Source: Acidobacteriota bacterium
GTDB taxonomy: Bacteria > Acidobacteriota > Terriglobia > Terriglobales > Acidobacteriaceae
NCBI GenBank assembly: GCA_003224995.1
Contig: QIAI01000073.1
Span: 1,792 to 27,872, forward strand
Length of the DNA: 26,081 nucleotides
Reading direction: 5' to 3'
Shown here: piece by piece, positions 9,250 through 17,489 of the stretch
Numbering within the stretch: the first letter of the stretch is position 1
Layout of the letters: every line of letters begins with the position of its first letter
Position numbers and translations under genes: made by a program
Notes under the pieces: model-generated
The model's database searches: none
What the model saw: the letters and a program-made list of their open reading frames with translations, nothing else
Told to the model about the DNA's origin: nothing

Positions 9250-10187
9250 CCTAGCTTCTCCAATTCTGCGAGTGTTTGCGAAAACGCCTGGGCATCCGCC
9301 GGCTGCCCGCCGTACCACACTAACTCGAACTTGCGGGTCAGGGCGGTGAGGGTGGGCCGGTGCTCGTTCGCAGAAGACATGAGGCGGAGATATTCGCGAG
9401 GCGTGCGAGCTGAATCGGGACGCCAGACTCCTTGCGATTCGAGCAGGGAGATCCCCGCCCAATACGCCAAGTGGATCGCGTCGCGCCAGTTTCCCCGCTG
9501 GGCGGCTTCGCGAGCCTCGGCGAGCCAAACGGTCCACTCACGCGCGGAGACAGGCAATGACTCCGGAAGAATGCTTTCTACTCTTGCGCTGTTTCGAATG
9601 CTCTTGAATACCCAATAGGACAATGCCAGAAAAGCGATGGCCATTAAGGCATAAACAAAGTATTTGCCAATGTTGGATACCATCGACGACGTGATCGCCC
9701 TACCAAGCAGCCGGATGAGGAACTGAACCAGGCGTTGCTTCAGTCGGTCGGACCAAGTGGGACCATGAATACTGCCAAATTCGGAGCGATCCAGAATGCG
9801 AGTAACCAGGGCACGCTGTTCAGAATCGTCATGCCGGTTTTCCTGGTATGCCTCGAGATCGGCGCGTTGACTCGCTAGACGATCACGGATTTTGCTTACC
9901 AGATCCCCGTCGTACTTCTTCTCCAATTGGCCCAGGTTGTTGCGCAGCCATTCGGTAGATACATCGAAGTTGCCGCGATCGGTGTGGACGCGCCAGGCAG
10001 ATGGCAGGCTGCTGACCAGTTCCGGGATTTGAGGTCCTGGCGTTTCGAGGTGTTCAGTCGCTGATAGAACCCGATCCAGGTCAGCCCGGTATTCGGCGGC
10101 GGTGAGGACCGCGCCGTTATCGATTCCGAGACATGGCGCGACAACGGCGAGGATGAACAGCAAGATGCCAACACGGCGTGCAGTCAT
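9240..10187 (-). CDS. DUF4129-like domain protein
   Basis: Signal/TM N-terminus, central TM, C-terminal AREAAQRGNWRDAIHLAY...RTPREYL...LTRKFELVWYGG. Confidence 0.8.
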   Translation of the reverse strand: MTARRVGILLFILAVVAPCLGIDNGAVLTAAEYRADLDRVLSATEHLETPGPQIPELVSSLPSAWRVHTDRGNFDVSTEWLRNNLGQLEKKYDGDLVSKIRDRLASQRADLEAYQENRHDDSEQRALVTRILDRSEFGSIHGPTWSDRLKQRLVQFLIRLLGRAITSSMVSNIGKYFVYALMAIAFLALSYWVFKSIRNSARVESILPESLPVSAREWTVWLAEAREAAQRGNWRDAIHLAYWAGISLLESQGVWRPDSARTPREYLRLMSSANEHRPTLTALTRKFELVWYGGQPADAQAFSQTLAELEKLGCR

Positions 10188-10193
10188 GCGAAC

Positions 10194-11006
10194 CTAGGTG
10201 GCGTGAGCCAGCCCGGGCTGCGTTCCATCCAGCGTTTCCATCATGTGGTGAAGATCGAATGCCTCTTTGCGCACGCGCTGATCATAGTACAAAAGTGAGA
10301 ACCCGATGGTTGCTAAGGGGCCGACAAGACATTGTGAAATGAAACTGGCAATTGCGGATGCTACCTGGATTCCTGCCGAGTTGACGGCCTTTGCTCCCAA
10401 CATTCCGGCGACCAGACCGATCGGCCATTCAATCAGAAAAGCCACAACAATGCTTAGCACGATGAACATGACCCAGATGACAAAAATCCGCCACCGGCTA
10501 CCTTTTGTGAGTTCCGAGCTACGGGAAACCGAATCGTTGATGCCACGATCTTCGAGGATGGCAACGGGAACCGCCAGCGACCACATCAGGGCAAGGATGA
10601 TACCGGGTATGACCAGCAAGACAAACCCCAAACCTACGCCCAGTCCTACCACAATGGTGAGGAGCGCCACCCTTACAATGCGACCTTTCACGCGAGAATA
10701 AGCGTCGCTCACGCTAGTGGGCCGACCCAAATGTAATTGCGAGACCGCGACCACGGTCGCAGCCTGCGAGGCTGCTGCCACCATCAGAGAGACAAGCGCG
10801 AATACCAGCCCCCACAAAGCCGCACCGAATGCTGCGGACAACCCGGTTTGCGACCGCAAGGAGATACTCGAGAGTTGCACTGCCAGGGAAATCAGCCTGG
10901 GAAGGGCGACGATCCCGACAAAAAGAGCAAAATTGTCTTTGTATAGAGAGAAGGTGCGATCGAGTAATTCACCAGTTGTTAAAGGACGGAGTGGCGCAGT
11001 AGTCAT
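10194..11006 (-). CDS. Polytopic membrane protein (GDPD-membrane-anchor-like), copy A
   Basis: MTTAPLRPLTTGELLDRTFSLY...VLVIPGIILALMWSLAVPVAILED...SRSSELTKGSRWRIF...LLYYDQRVRKEAFDL; about 6 TM segments. Confidence 0.85.
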   Translation of the reverse strand: MTTAPLRPLTTGELLDRTFSLYKDNFALFVGIVALPRLISLAVQLSSISLRSQTGLSAAFGAALWGLVFALVSLMVAAASQAATVVAVSQLHLGRPTSVSDAYSRVKGRIVRVALLTIVVGLGVGLGFVLLVIPGIILALMWSLAVPVAILEDRGINDSVSRSSELTKGSRWRIFVIWVMFIVLSIVVAFLIEWPIGLVAGMLGAKAVNSAGIQVASAIASFISQCLVGPLATIGFSLLYYDQRVRKEAFDLHHMMETLDGTQPGLAHAT

Positions 11007-11044
11007 GAAGACTTCGCCTCAACATAAGACTAAGAACACGCAGG

Positions 11045-11056
11045 ATACTAGCACAG
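11045..11056 (-). promoter_or_regulatory. Extended -10 promoter (TGTGCTAGTAT) for copy A and the MoxR operon
   Basis: TGn+TAGTAT 38 nt before ATG 11006; identical 12-mer upstream of copy B. Confidence 0.6.
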
Positions 11057-11161
11057 AAACATCGCTCCAGCTTTAGGGAAACAGCGAGAAATAAAGTCTA
11101 TCGATGAAACTATGTCACTCCAGGTATGAAAGAAAGTCGACAAAGATGACTCCTTTTGGAG

Positions 11162-11980
11162 TTAAGTCAACACGCTCGACGGTTGCGCACTGCTGGATGC
11201 CATACTATCAAGGGCGTCCATCATGTATTGAAGATCGAAAGCTTCTTTCCGTACGCGCAAGTCGTAGTACAGAAGTGAAAAGGCGATTGTGGCCAGCGGT
11301 CCCGCCAGGCATGCGGATATAAACTTCAGGAGCGTAGATGCTGCATTCAGCCAGGGGAAAAGATACCGTGCATGGTGAGTGATAGCTGAGGCCGTCGCGA
11401 TTTGGACGGGCCACTGAAACAAAAGGGTCATAGAGAGGGAAAGAGCAAAGAATAAGATCCAAATGACAAATACTCGCCAGCGGTAACCTTTCGTCAAAGA
11501 TGCACTGCGGGACATGGAGTCTATGATCCCCTGGTCCTCAAGGACGGCGACCGGCACTACCAGGGACCATTTCAAGGCCAGCAGAATTCCGGGAACGACA
11601 AAGAAAAATGCGCCGAGTCCCGCGCCCATCGCGACCAGCAGGCTGAGGAGTATGACGCCAACGATGTTGAATTGCACTTTCGAATAGGCATCGATGACGC
11701 CCGTGGTACGGTCAAGGTAGATTTCGGACACGGCCATGACAGTGGCCGCATGTGCAACCGCGCCGACAAGCACCGAAATCAATGCTCCGAGCCAAACCCA
11801 GCCCAAAAAATTCAGCCCCAAATAGATGCGCAGAGGATTGGCAAATAGTCCAAGAGCAAATGAGAAGAGATGGGGCAAAGCCGTAATTCCGAAGAACAGA
11901 CCAAAGTGCTCCCGGTAAAGGGCGAAGGTCCGATCCAGCAGCTCACCGGTGGTCAAGGGACGCAGGGGGCCAGTCGTCAC
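11162..11980 (-). CDS. Polytopic membrane protein, copy B (tandem paralog of 10194-11006)
   Basis: GTG start; MTTGPLRPLTTGELLDRTFALY...VVPGILLALKWSLVVPVAVLED...SRSASLTKGYRWRVF...LLYYDLRVRKEAFDL. Confidence 0.85.
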   Translation of the reverse strand: MTTGPLRPLTTGELLDRTFALYREHFGLFFGITALPHLFSFALGLFANPLRIYLGLNFLGWVWLGALISVLVGAVAHAATVMAVSEIYLDRTTGVIDAYSKVQFNIVGVILLSLLVAMGAGLGAFFFVVPGILLALKWSLVVPVAVLEDQGIIDSMSRSASLTKGYRWRVFVIWILFFALSLSMTLLFQWPVQIATASAITHHARYLFPWLNAASTLLKFISACLAGPLATIAFSLLYYDLRVRKEAFDLQYMMDALDSMASSSAQPSSVLT

Positions 11981-12012
11981 GGCTTCGCCTCAGGACGGAC
12001 TATTGGGCAGGC

Positions 12013-12024
12013 ATACTAGCACAG
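12013..12024 (-). promoter_or_regulatory. Extended -10 promoter (TGTGCTAGTAT) for copy B
   Basis: Same 12-mer as 11045-11056, 32 nt before GTG 11980. Confidence 0.6.
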
Positions 12025-12261
12025 GCAACCATCGCTGCCAGAGGAAAGCAGAGGGTCACTGGCTGCGGTTCTAGTGTCTTCGACGGCCCGCTCGGCCCAA
12101 TCGGCTGTGCAGTTTCACAGAATCTCTCCGAGGCAGGAAACCCTGCAAAATCATAGCGGTTGGAGTGCATCGCCCATCGATAGCTTGTGATTTGACGCGG
12201 TTTTGAGGGGCACCGGGTTTGACCGTTGCCGCCTTTATGTTACATATTTAGACGGAACGGA

Positions 12262-12441
12262 ATGGAAACCGAGCAGATCATCGCTGAAATTGAGTGGCTA
12301 GAACGCGTCTATGCCACGCCGGACACCCGACCTCTGAGCCCGAGTGATGTCTCGGCTGCGAATCGACGACACGACGAGATGAATGCAGGCAGCCCCTGGT
12401 TCCGGCTTTGGCAGCGCTACGGCATCTGTTGTCGTCCCTGA
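12262..12441 (+). CDS. Small hypothetical protein (59 aa)
   Basis: METEQIIAEIEWLERVYATPDTRPLSPSDVSAANRRHDEMNAGSPWFRLWQRYGICCRP; protein-like amphipathic pattern, purine-rich GGAACGGA before the ATG, occupies otherwise empty space. Confidence 0.55.
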   Translation: METEQIIAEIEWLERVYATPDTRPLSPSDVSAANRRHDEMNAGSPWFRLWQRYGICCRP

Positions 12442-12597
12442 TGCGCCGGCCGGCACGGCGTTGGTTACGGGTTCGCCTTGGTCCGCGGCTTACTCCAACA
12501 AACCTCTTTCGTAGTCGCACCACCTTCAAACTTGCACTCACATTCTGATCGCGCCTACGAAAACTAACCTTAGCTGTTGCGGTAACGCGGAGCGAGC

Positions 12598-13334
12598 ATG
12601 CTCATAGAAGTCGGCCATGTGGAGGCGATCTTCCGTTATCCCGTGAAGTCCATGAGTGGCGAAAGGCTAGAGGCCGCCAACCTTGGCTGGTATGGGCTGG
12701 AGGGTGACAGACGTCTGGCGTTCCGGCGGCTGGACAACCGCAGCGGAATGCCCTGGCTGACAGCAAGCAAGCTTCCCGACCTGCTCTTGTTTGCTCCGCA
12801 AGACGGGGCTCCGGGAGAAGTTCCCTCGCAGATTCGCACGCCGGATGGCGAAGACATGCCTGTGTTCGGGGAGGACTTGGCCGCGGAGATCGGGCGTCGG
12901 TACGGGGCTCCCGTGCAGATGATGCAGTTGAATCATGGCATCTTCGATGAAGCGAGCATCTCCGTGATCGCATCCGATACGGTGCGCGAGATCGGAAGAC
13001 TCGCGGGGCTGAGTCTCGACGTGCGACGATTTCGTCCGAACATACTGGTCCGTTTACAGCGACCGGTTCCCTTCCACGAGGACGAGTGGGTAGTCGGTGT
13101 GCTCTCATTCGGGGAGGGAGACGACGCCCCTCTGTTGCCGTCACTATGCGCGACCTCCGCTGCTCGATGGTGAATCTTGATCCCGAGTCAGCCGAGCCAG
13201 CGACAGAAGTGATGAAGACGATTGTTGGCGCGAACCAGAACCACGCGGGAATTTACGGCACAGTCACTCGCATCGGCCGACTTGCGGTCGGACAGACCAT
13301 ACTCTTCCGTGCAGCGAACCGTGAACGTGCGTGA
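12598..13334 (+). pseudogene. MOSC domain protein (YcbX/mARC-like), frameshifted near 13127-13131
   Basis: IFRYPVKSMSGE, GDRR, RRFRPNILV in frame 1; the C-terminal MOSC half (VAVTMRDLRCSMVNLDP...GIYGTVTRIGRLAVGQ) follows in the -1 frame right after EGDDAP. Confidence 0.85.
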
Positions 13335-13337
13335 TAG

Positions 13338-13377
13338 AAAAAAGTCGGACAGCTCTCACCCAAACTTAGAGCTGTTC
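13338..13377 (-). terminator. Probable intrinsic terminator downstream of the GT4 gene (possibly bidirectional with MOSC)
   Basis: Stem 13347-13356 / 13368-13377 (GGACAGCTCT / AGAGCTGTTC), 11-nt loop, A6 run at 13338-13343 giving a minus-strand U-tract. Confidence 0.5.
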
Positions 13378-13439
13378 TGGATAGTTTGTGAAGGGGTTGG
13401 GAGGAGTGCGTCCGCAATGACGGTAGCTTTGGATTGCAG

Positions 13440-14630
13440 CTAAGCGCGCAGCCTGGGACGTTCCGCCTCAGTGGCTTCAGGTACATCGTCGCCTTCTTTT
13501 CCGGATACAACTTCTTTGTAGATTCGCAGAATCCGCCGCGCGGAAGAGTCCCATGAAAAACGCTTGGCCTGCTCGTATCCTCGTTGCCTGAGCTTTTCAC
13601 GCAAGGCTTGATCCACCAAGACCCGATGGGTTGCACGCATGATCTCGAAGACGTTCTCCGGGTTGACCAGTACGGCCGCATTTCCGACGACTTCGGGAAG
13701 AGACGAAGTGTTGGAGGTCACGACCGGCGTGCCGTGCGCCATGGCTTCCAGCGGCGGCAAGCCAAAACCTTCATAGAGTGAGGGGAAGATGAAGACATTG
13801 GCTACGTCATAGAAAATACGGAGCACATCGATGGGTACAAATCCAAAGAAACGTACTTCATTGTGCACGCCGCTGCGAATAACTGTCCGACGCAAGTCAG
13901 GATGGCCGGAGAGGTCGTCTCCGATAATGATGAGCTTCAGATCAGGAAACTTGTGTTCCTTTTCCAGTTCTCCCCGCAATGCCGAAAAGGCCTCGATGAT
14001 GCGGATCAGATTCTTATGCGGACTGATACGGCCGGCATAAAGCAGGAAAGGGTAAGTCACCAGATAGCGCTCGGCAATCAGTTGTCGATCAGCATCGCTG
14101 GCATGTCCGTGGAGGAAACGCTCATCGATCGCGTTGTAAACCACTTCGACGCGTTGCGAGGGGATGCCAAACAGCTGCTCGATCTCGCTCTTGGAGAATT
14201 GAGAAACCGCGAAGATGCGAGCCGCTCCCTTCAGCACTCTCCGCGTAAATTGATAATGCATGGAACGCCGCAGCCCCGACTGGCCCCTGGAGCCCGACAT
14301 ATGTTCCAGCAGATCGTGAACCGTCATGACATACGGACACGGAAGCGACCGGGGAAGCCAGAAAAGATGGGGGATGTGTACCAGATCACAGTGCAGACGC
14401 TTGAGGATGGTGCGAAATTCAAAATACCCTTTTGCCGTCGTATCCTGTTCCAACAGCGGCACGGTATGGAAGTTAGGCGGGAGCGGACCAATCTCCTTCA
14501 CCTTTTCCGGCGAACCGATCAGAAAATACTTACTATTCCGGTCGAGCCGACCTAGCGCGCGCACCACGTTGCGCGTGTAAGTACCGATCCCGAACTCCGT
14601 CATGCGACGGATATCGATGGCAATCTTCAC
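13440..14630 (-). CDS. Glycosyltransferase family 4 (GT-B)
   Basis: GIGTY, VMTVHDL, FAVSQFSK, VVYNAID, LYAGRISPHKNL, PSLYEGFGLPPLEAMAHGTPVVTSNTSSLPEVVG, FSWD. Confidence 0.92.
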   Translation of the reverse strand: MKIAIDIRRMTEFGIGTYTRNVVRALGRLDRNSKYFLIGSPEKVKEIGPLPPNFHTVPLLEQDTTAKGYFEFRTILKRLHCDLVHIPHLFWLPRSLPCPYVMTVHDLLEHMSGSRGQSGLRRSMHYQFTRRVLKGAARIFAVSQFSKSEIEQLFGIPSQRVEVVYNAIDERFLHGHASDADRQLIAERYLVTYPFLLYAGRISPHKNLIRIIEAFSALRGELEKEHKFPDLKLIIIGDDLSGHPDLRRTVIRSGVHNEVRFFGFVPIDVLRIFYDVANVFIFPSLYEGFGLPPLEAMAHGTPVVTSNTSSLPEVVGNAAVLVNPENVFEIMRATHRVLVDQALREKLRQRGYEQAKRFSWDSSARRILRIYKEVVSGKEGDDVPEATEAERPRLRA

Positions 14631-14748
14631 GGGACGATTTAACCACAGGAAAGACGCCCCGAACTAAGGTTTTCGCCTGAACCAGGGAATGGCCAACCTG
14701 TACTTTGCAGGTGTCAGGTCTGAAGTGTTCGGGTAGACGCGATCGGAC

Positions 14749-16038
14749 CTACCCACGAACCTCGGCTTGGGCTTTGGCACGCCGCTCGGCGTAAAGCGGA
14801 AACGTTTCCGCCAGTTCCAGTACCTGCCGGCGGACCTTCTGCAGCACGCCGGTGTCTGTACGATGCTGCAGAACTTCGGAGATCCAGCGCCCCACCTGCC
14901 GCATCTCCGACTCTTTCATGCCGCGGGTGGTCAACGCCGGGGTCCCGATGCGGATGCCGCTGGGTTTCAGGGGCGGGTTGGTGTCAAAGGGGATGGCGTT
15001 TTTATTGACCGTGATGGCCGCCTCGCCCAAAGCCTTCTCGGCCTCGCTACCAAGCATGCCCTTGGCAAAGACGTCGACCAGCATGACATGGGTATCGGTC
15101 CCGCCCGAAATGATGCGATAGCCCTCGGCGGCCAGCGTTTCGGCCAGCACCTTGGCATTGGACACCACCTGGCGGGCGTATACCTTGAATTCGGGCTGCA
15201 TCGCTTCCAGGAAGCAGACGGCCTTCGCGGCCATGATGTGCACCAGCGGGCCACCCTGCATCCCGGGAAATACGGTTTTGTCGATCGCCGGGCCCAGGTC
15301 GGCCTTGGCAAGGATCATGCCGGCACGCGGTCCGCGCAATGTCTTGTGGGTGGTGGAGGTGACGATGTGCGCATGCGGAACGGGGGACGGATGGGCTCCG
15401 CCGGCAACGAGTCCGGCGAAGTGCGCCATATCCACAAGATAGATTGCCCCGACTTTGTCGGCGATCTGCCGCATGCGGGCAAAATCGATGATGCGCGGGT
15501 AGGCGCTGCCGCCTCCGATAATCATCTTGGGATGTTCTTTGTCCGCCAGTCGCTCCAACTCGTCGTAGTCAATCGTTTCCGTCTCTTTGGTTACGCCGTA
15601 CGGGACGATCTTGTAAGTCTTGCCGGAAAAATTCAGGTGATGACCGTGGGTGAGGTGACCGCCATGAGCGAGATTGAGACCAAGAATCGTGTCGCCAGGC
15701 TGCAGCACGGCCGCGTAGGCTTCCATATTGGCTTGCGATCCGGCATGCGGCTGCACGTTCACGTATTCGGCGTTAAACAGTTGCTTGGCGCGAGTGCGCG
15801 CCAGGTCTTCGACCACGTCAGTAAACTCGCATCCGCCGTAGTAACGCTTCCCCGGATAGCCCTCGGCGTACTTGTTCGTGAAAACAGATCCCGCGGCCTC
15901 CAGAACCGCTTCGCTCACGAAGTTCTCGGATGCAATCAGTTCCAGGCCTTCATGCTGGCGACGCGTTTCATTGTCAATAGCGGCCGCAATCTGCGGATCG
16001 GCCTCGGACAGGGAACGATACATGGACTGATTGCTCAT
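14749..16038 (-). CDS. glyA: Serine hydroxymethyltransferase
   Basis: [52 protein letters not shown] (PLP Lys), [14 protein letters not shown]; SD GGAG upstream. Confidence 0.98.
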   Translation of the reverse strand: MSNQSMYRSLSEADPQIAAAIDNETRRQHEGLELIASENFVSEAVLEAAGSVFTNKYAEGYPGKRYYGGCEFTDVVEDLARTRAKQLFNAEYVNVQPHAGSQANMEAYAAVLQPGDTILGLNLAHGGHLTHGHHLNFSGKTYKIVPYGVTKETETIDYDELERLADKEHPKMIIGGGSAYPRIIDFARMRQIADKVGAIYLVDMAHFAGLVAGGAHPSPVPHAHIVTSTTHKTLRGPRAGMILAKADLGPAIDKTVFPGMQGGPLVHIMAAKAVCFLEAMQPEFKVYARQVVSNAKVLAETLAAEGYRIISGGTDTHVMLVDVFAKGMLGSEAEKALGEAAITVNKNAIPFDTNPPLKPSGIRIGTPALTTRGMKESEMRQVGRWISEVLQHRTDTGVLQKVRRQVLELAETFPLYAERRAKAQAEVRG

Positions 16039-16122
16039 GCTTAAATCTCCGGGTGACGCGGGAATCTCGTGATACCTGCGATCGAGCCGCGTGCGATTGG
16101 ACGCTCCGAACTGCTTACAATT

Positions 16123-17151
16123 CTACGCTTCAAATGCGGTTCGGAAAAATGAAGCCAGCTGCCAGCCGTCCATGTATTTATAGGGGGTTTCGCCGGTCGT
16201 GTAGTGGCCGCAGGGGAGGACCACAACCTTATGATCCAGATGGTGAGCGGCAAACTCTCGCACTACTTCCCGGGAGAATTCGGGCAGGAACGTCAGATCG
16301 TAGTTTGCGTAAACCACCAGAGATCGCTTTCGGTAGCGGGCAAATTTGTCGAAGTACACCATCGGGCTGATTGCGAGCCATAGCCGCCGCAAGCGATCCA
16401 GATCGATCGCGCTTTCGATGCCCTGGCGAATATGACGCGTGGTTTGCCCGTGCCAAACGACGTCGGCAACGTAGGTGGAAGCATGATTGAACGCGGCCGC
16501 TCGGATTCGCGGATCGCAGCATCGAATATCGATGACACCCTGACGGACCGCATCCATCGTGCGTCCGATATTTGCCGACACTGCAAAATCGGCGCGCCTC
16601 GTCTCTGCGGGCATGCGAATGTCGTGATAGGGCATGCTGAGCCGCAATACTGCTACCCCCAACAGATTCAGAACCTTGCACAGGCCGGTATACGACAGAG
16701 CATCGGCATTCCAGTGCGGCAGCAGCACAACGGCGCGCCGTCCGCGCGCCGGGAACCAACGCGCATTCACCAGATTGTTTTCGGGATAGGGCGTTCGCAC
16801 CGGAGAAGTAAATCGAAGAAAGTTCGCGTGCGTGCCGCGCACTTTTTCTTCTAACCTCGGATCAGGAATTTCACGCGTGCTGAACACCCGCACCTCACGC
16901 TGCTCCAGACGGAAGTCGGACGGTACCCGGTATGAATAGAACTCATCGCTCGCGGCGATGATGCGCTGGTTGTAGTCGGCAAAAAACGTCTCCGGGTCGG
17001 CAGGCATCTGCCCGGCGGGAATCCCATTGCGACAGGGCCAGTCCTGCGCGAATTCGACACCCCAGTCGAGCGCGCGGATTACCCGGTTATTGTCGACCGA
17101 CGTAAGCCGGTCTTCCCAGTCGTACATCCATTTGGCGTAACGGGCTCGCAT
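16123..17151 (-). CDS. Alpha/beta hydrolase-family protein lacking the GxSxG elbow (probable in-frame deletion; possibly inactive)
   Basis: From ATG 17151: VVLLPHWNAD, LRLSMPYH, VSANIGRT...QGVIDIRCC|DPRIRAAAFNHAS, YDLTF (acid), PCGHY (His); no GxSxG anywhere in the protein. Confidence 0.75.
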   Translation of the reverse strand: MRARYAKWMYDWEDRLTSVDNNRVIRALDWGVEFAQDWPCRNGIPAGQMPADPETFFADYNQRIIAASDEFYSYRVPSDFRLEQREVRVFSTREIPDPRLEEKVRGTHANFLRFTSPVRTPYPENNLVNARWFPARGRRAVVLLPHWNADALSYTGLCKVLNLLGVAVLRLSMPYHDIRMPAETRRADFAVSANIGRTMDAVRQGVIDIRCCDPRIRAAAFNHASTYVADVVWHGQTTRHIRQGIESAIDLDRLRRLWLAISPMVYFDKFARYRKRSLVVYANYDLTFLPEFSREVVREFAAHHLDHKVVVLPCGHYTTGETPYKYMDGWQLASFFRTAFEA

Positions 17152-17161
17152 CTCTTTTCCG

Positions 17162-17170
17162 ACTATAACA
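17162..17170 (-). promoter_or_regulatory. Extended -10 (TGTTATAGT) for the hydrolase (and possibly glyA)
   Basis: TGn+TATAGT 10 nt before ATG 17151. Confidence 0.5.
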
Positions 17171-17380
17171 AAGCCAGGTGAAACGGGCACTGTGGACGCA
17201 TCCAGCAGCGAAATGCTGCATTTAGCGGCTGTTTTTGCCCGTGTTTGCACGGCTCGGCGTCATGCCGTGCCCCATTCAAGAGTGCTGAGGACATTCACAC
17301 GAGAAACGGAGCGAAGTGCCTGACTTCACATATTTCAAAGAAGAATCAAATCAATACCGCATTACCGATCAAGCCCTTTG

Positions 17381-17481
17381 CCACAGAGGATACAGATATC
17401 GATCACTAATTCGCCGAAGAGTTCGGGCGAGTGCCGAACCTCGTACTGATTGTCTTTGCGTGCCTCTGTGTTCCTCTGTGG
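17381..17481. repeat. REP-like palindromic element downstream of alr
   Basis: CCACAGAGGATACAGA (17381-17396) pairs imperfectly with TCTGTGTTCCTCTGTGG (17465-17481); inner hairpin TCGCCGAA-gag-TTCGGGCGA (17411-17430). Confidence 0.65.
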
Positions 17482-17489
17482 TTCAAGCT

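Noticed and set aside
9250-9537. N-terminal extension of the DUF4350-like ORF
   Set aside because: Overlaps the DUF4129-like gene in another frame; SD and TM pattern support ATG 9249.
14767-16044. 425-aa plus-strand ORF
   Set aside because: Antisense shadow of glyA; no recognisable motifs; expected from GC-rich codon bias.
16039-16122. ZMP/ZTP or other riboswitch upstream of glyA
   Set aside because: Spacer is only 84 nt and shows no recognisable riboswitch consensus.
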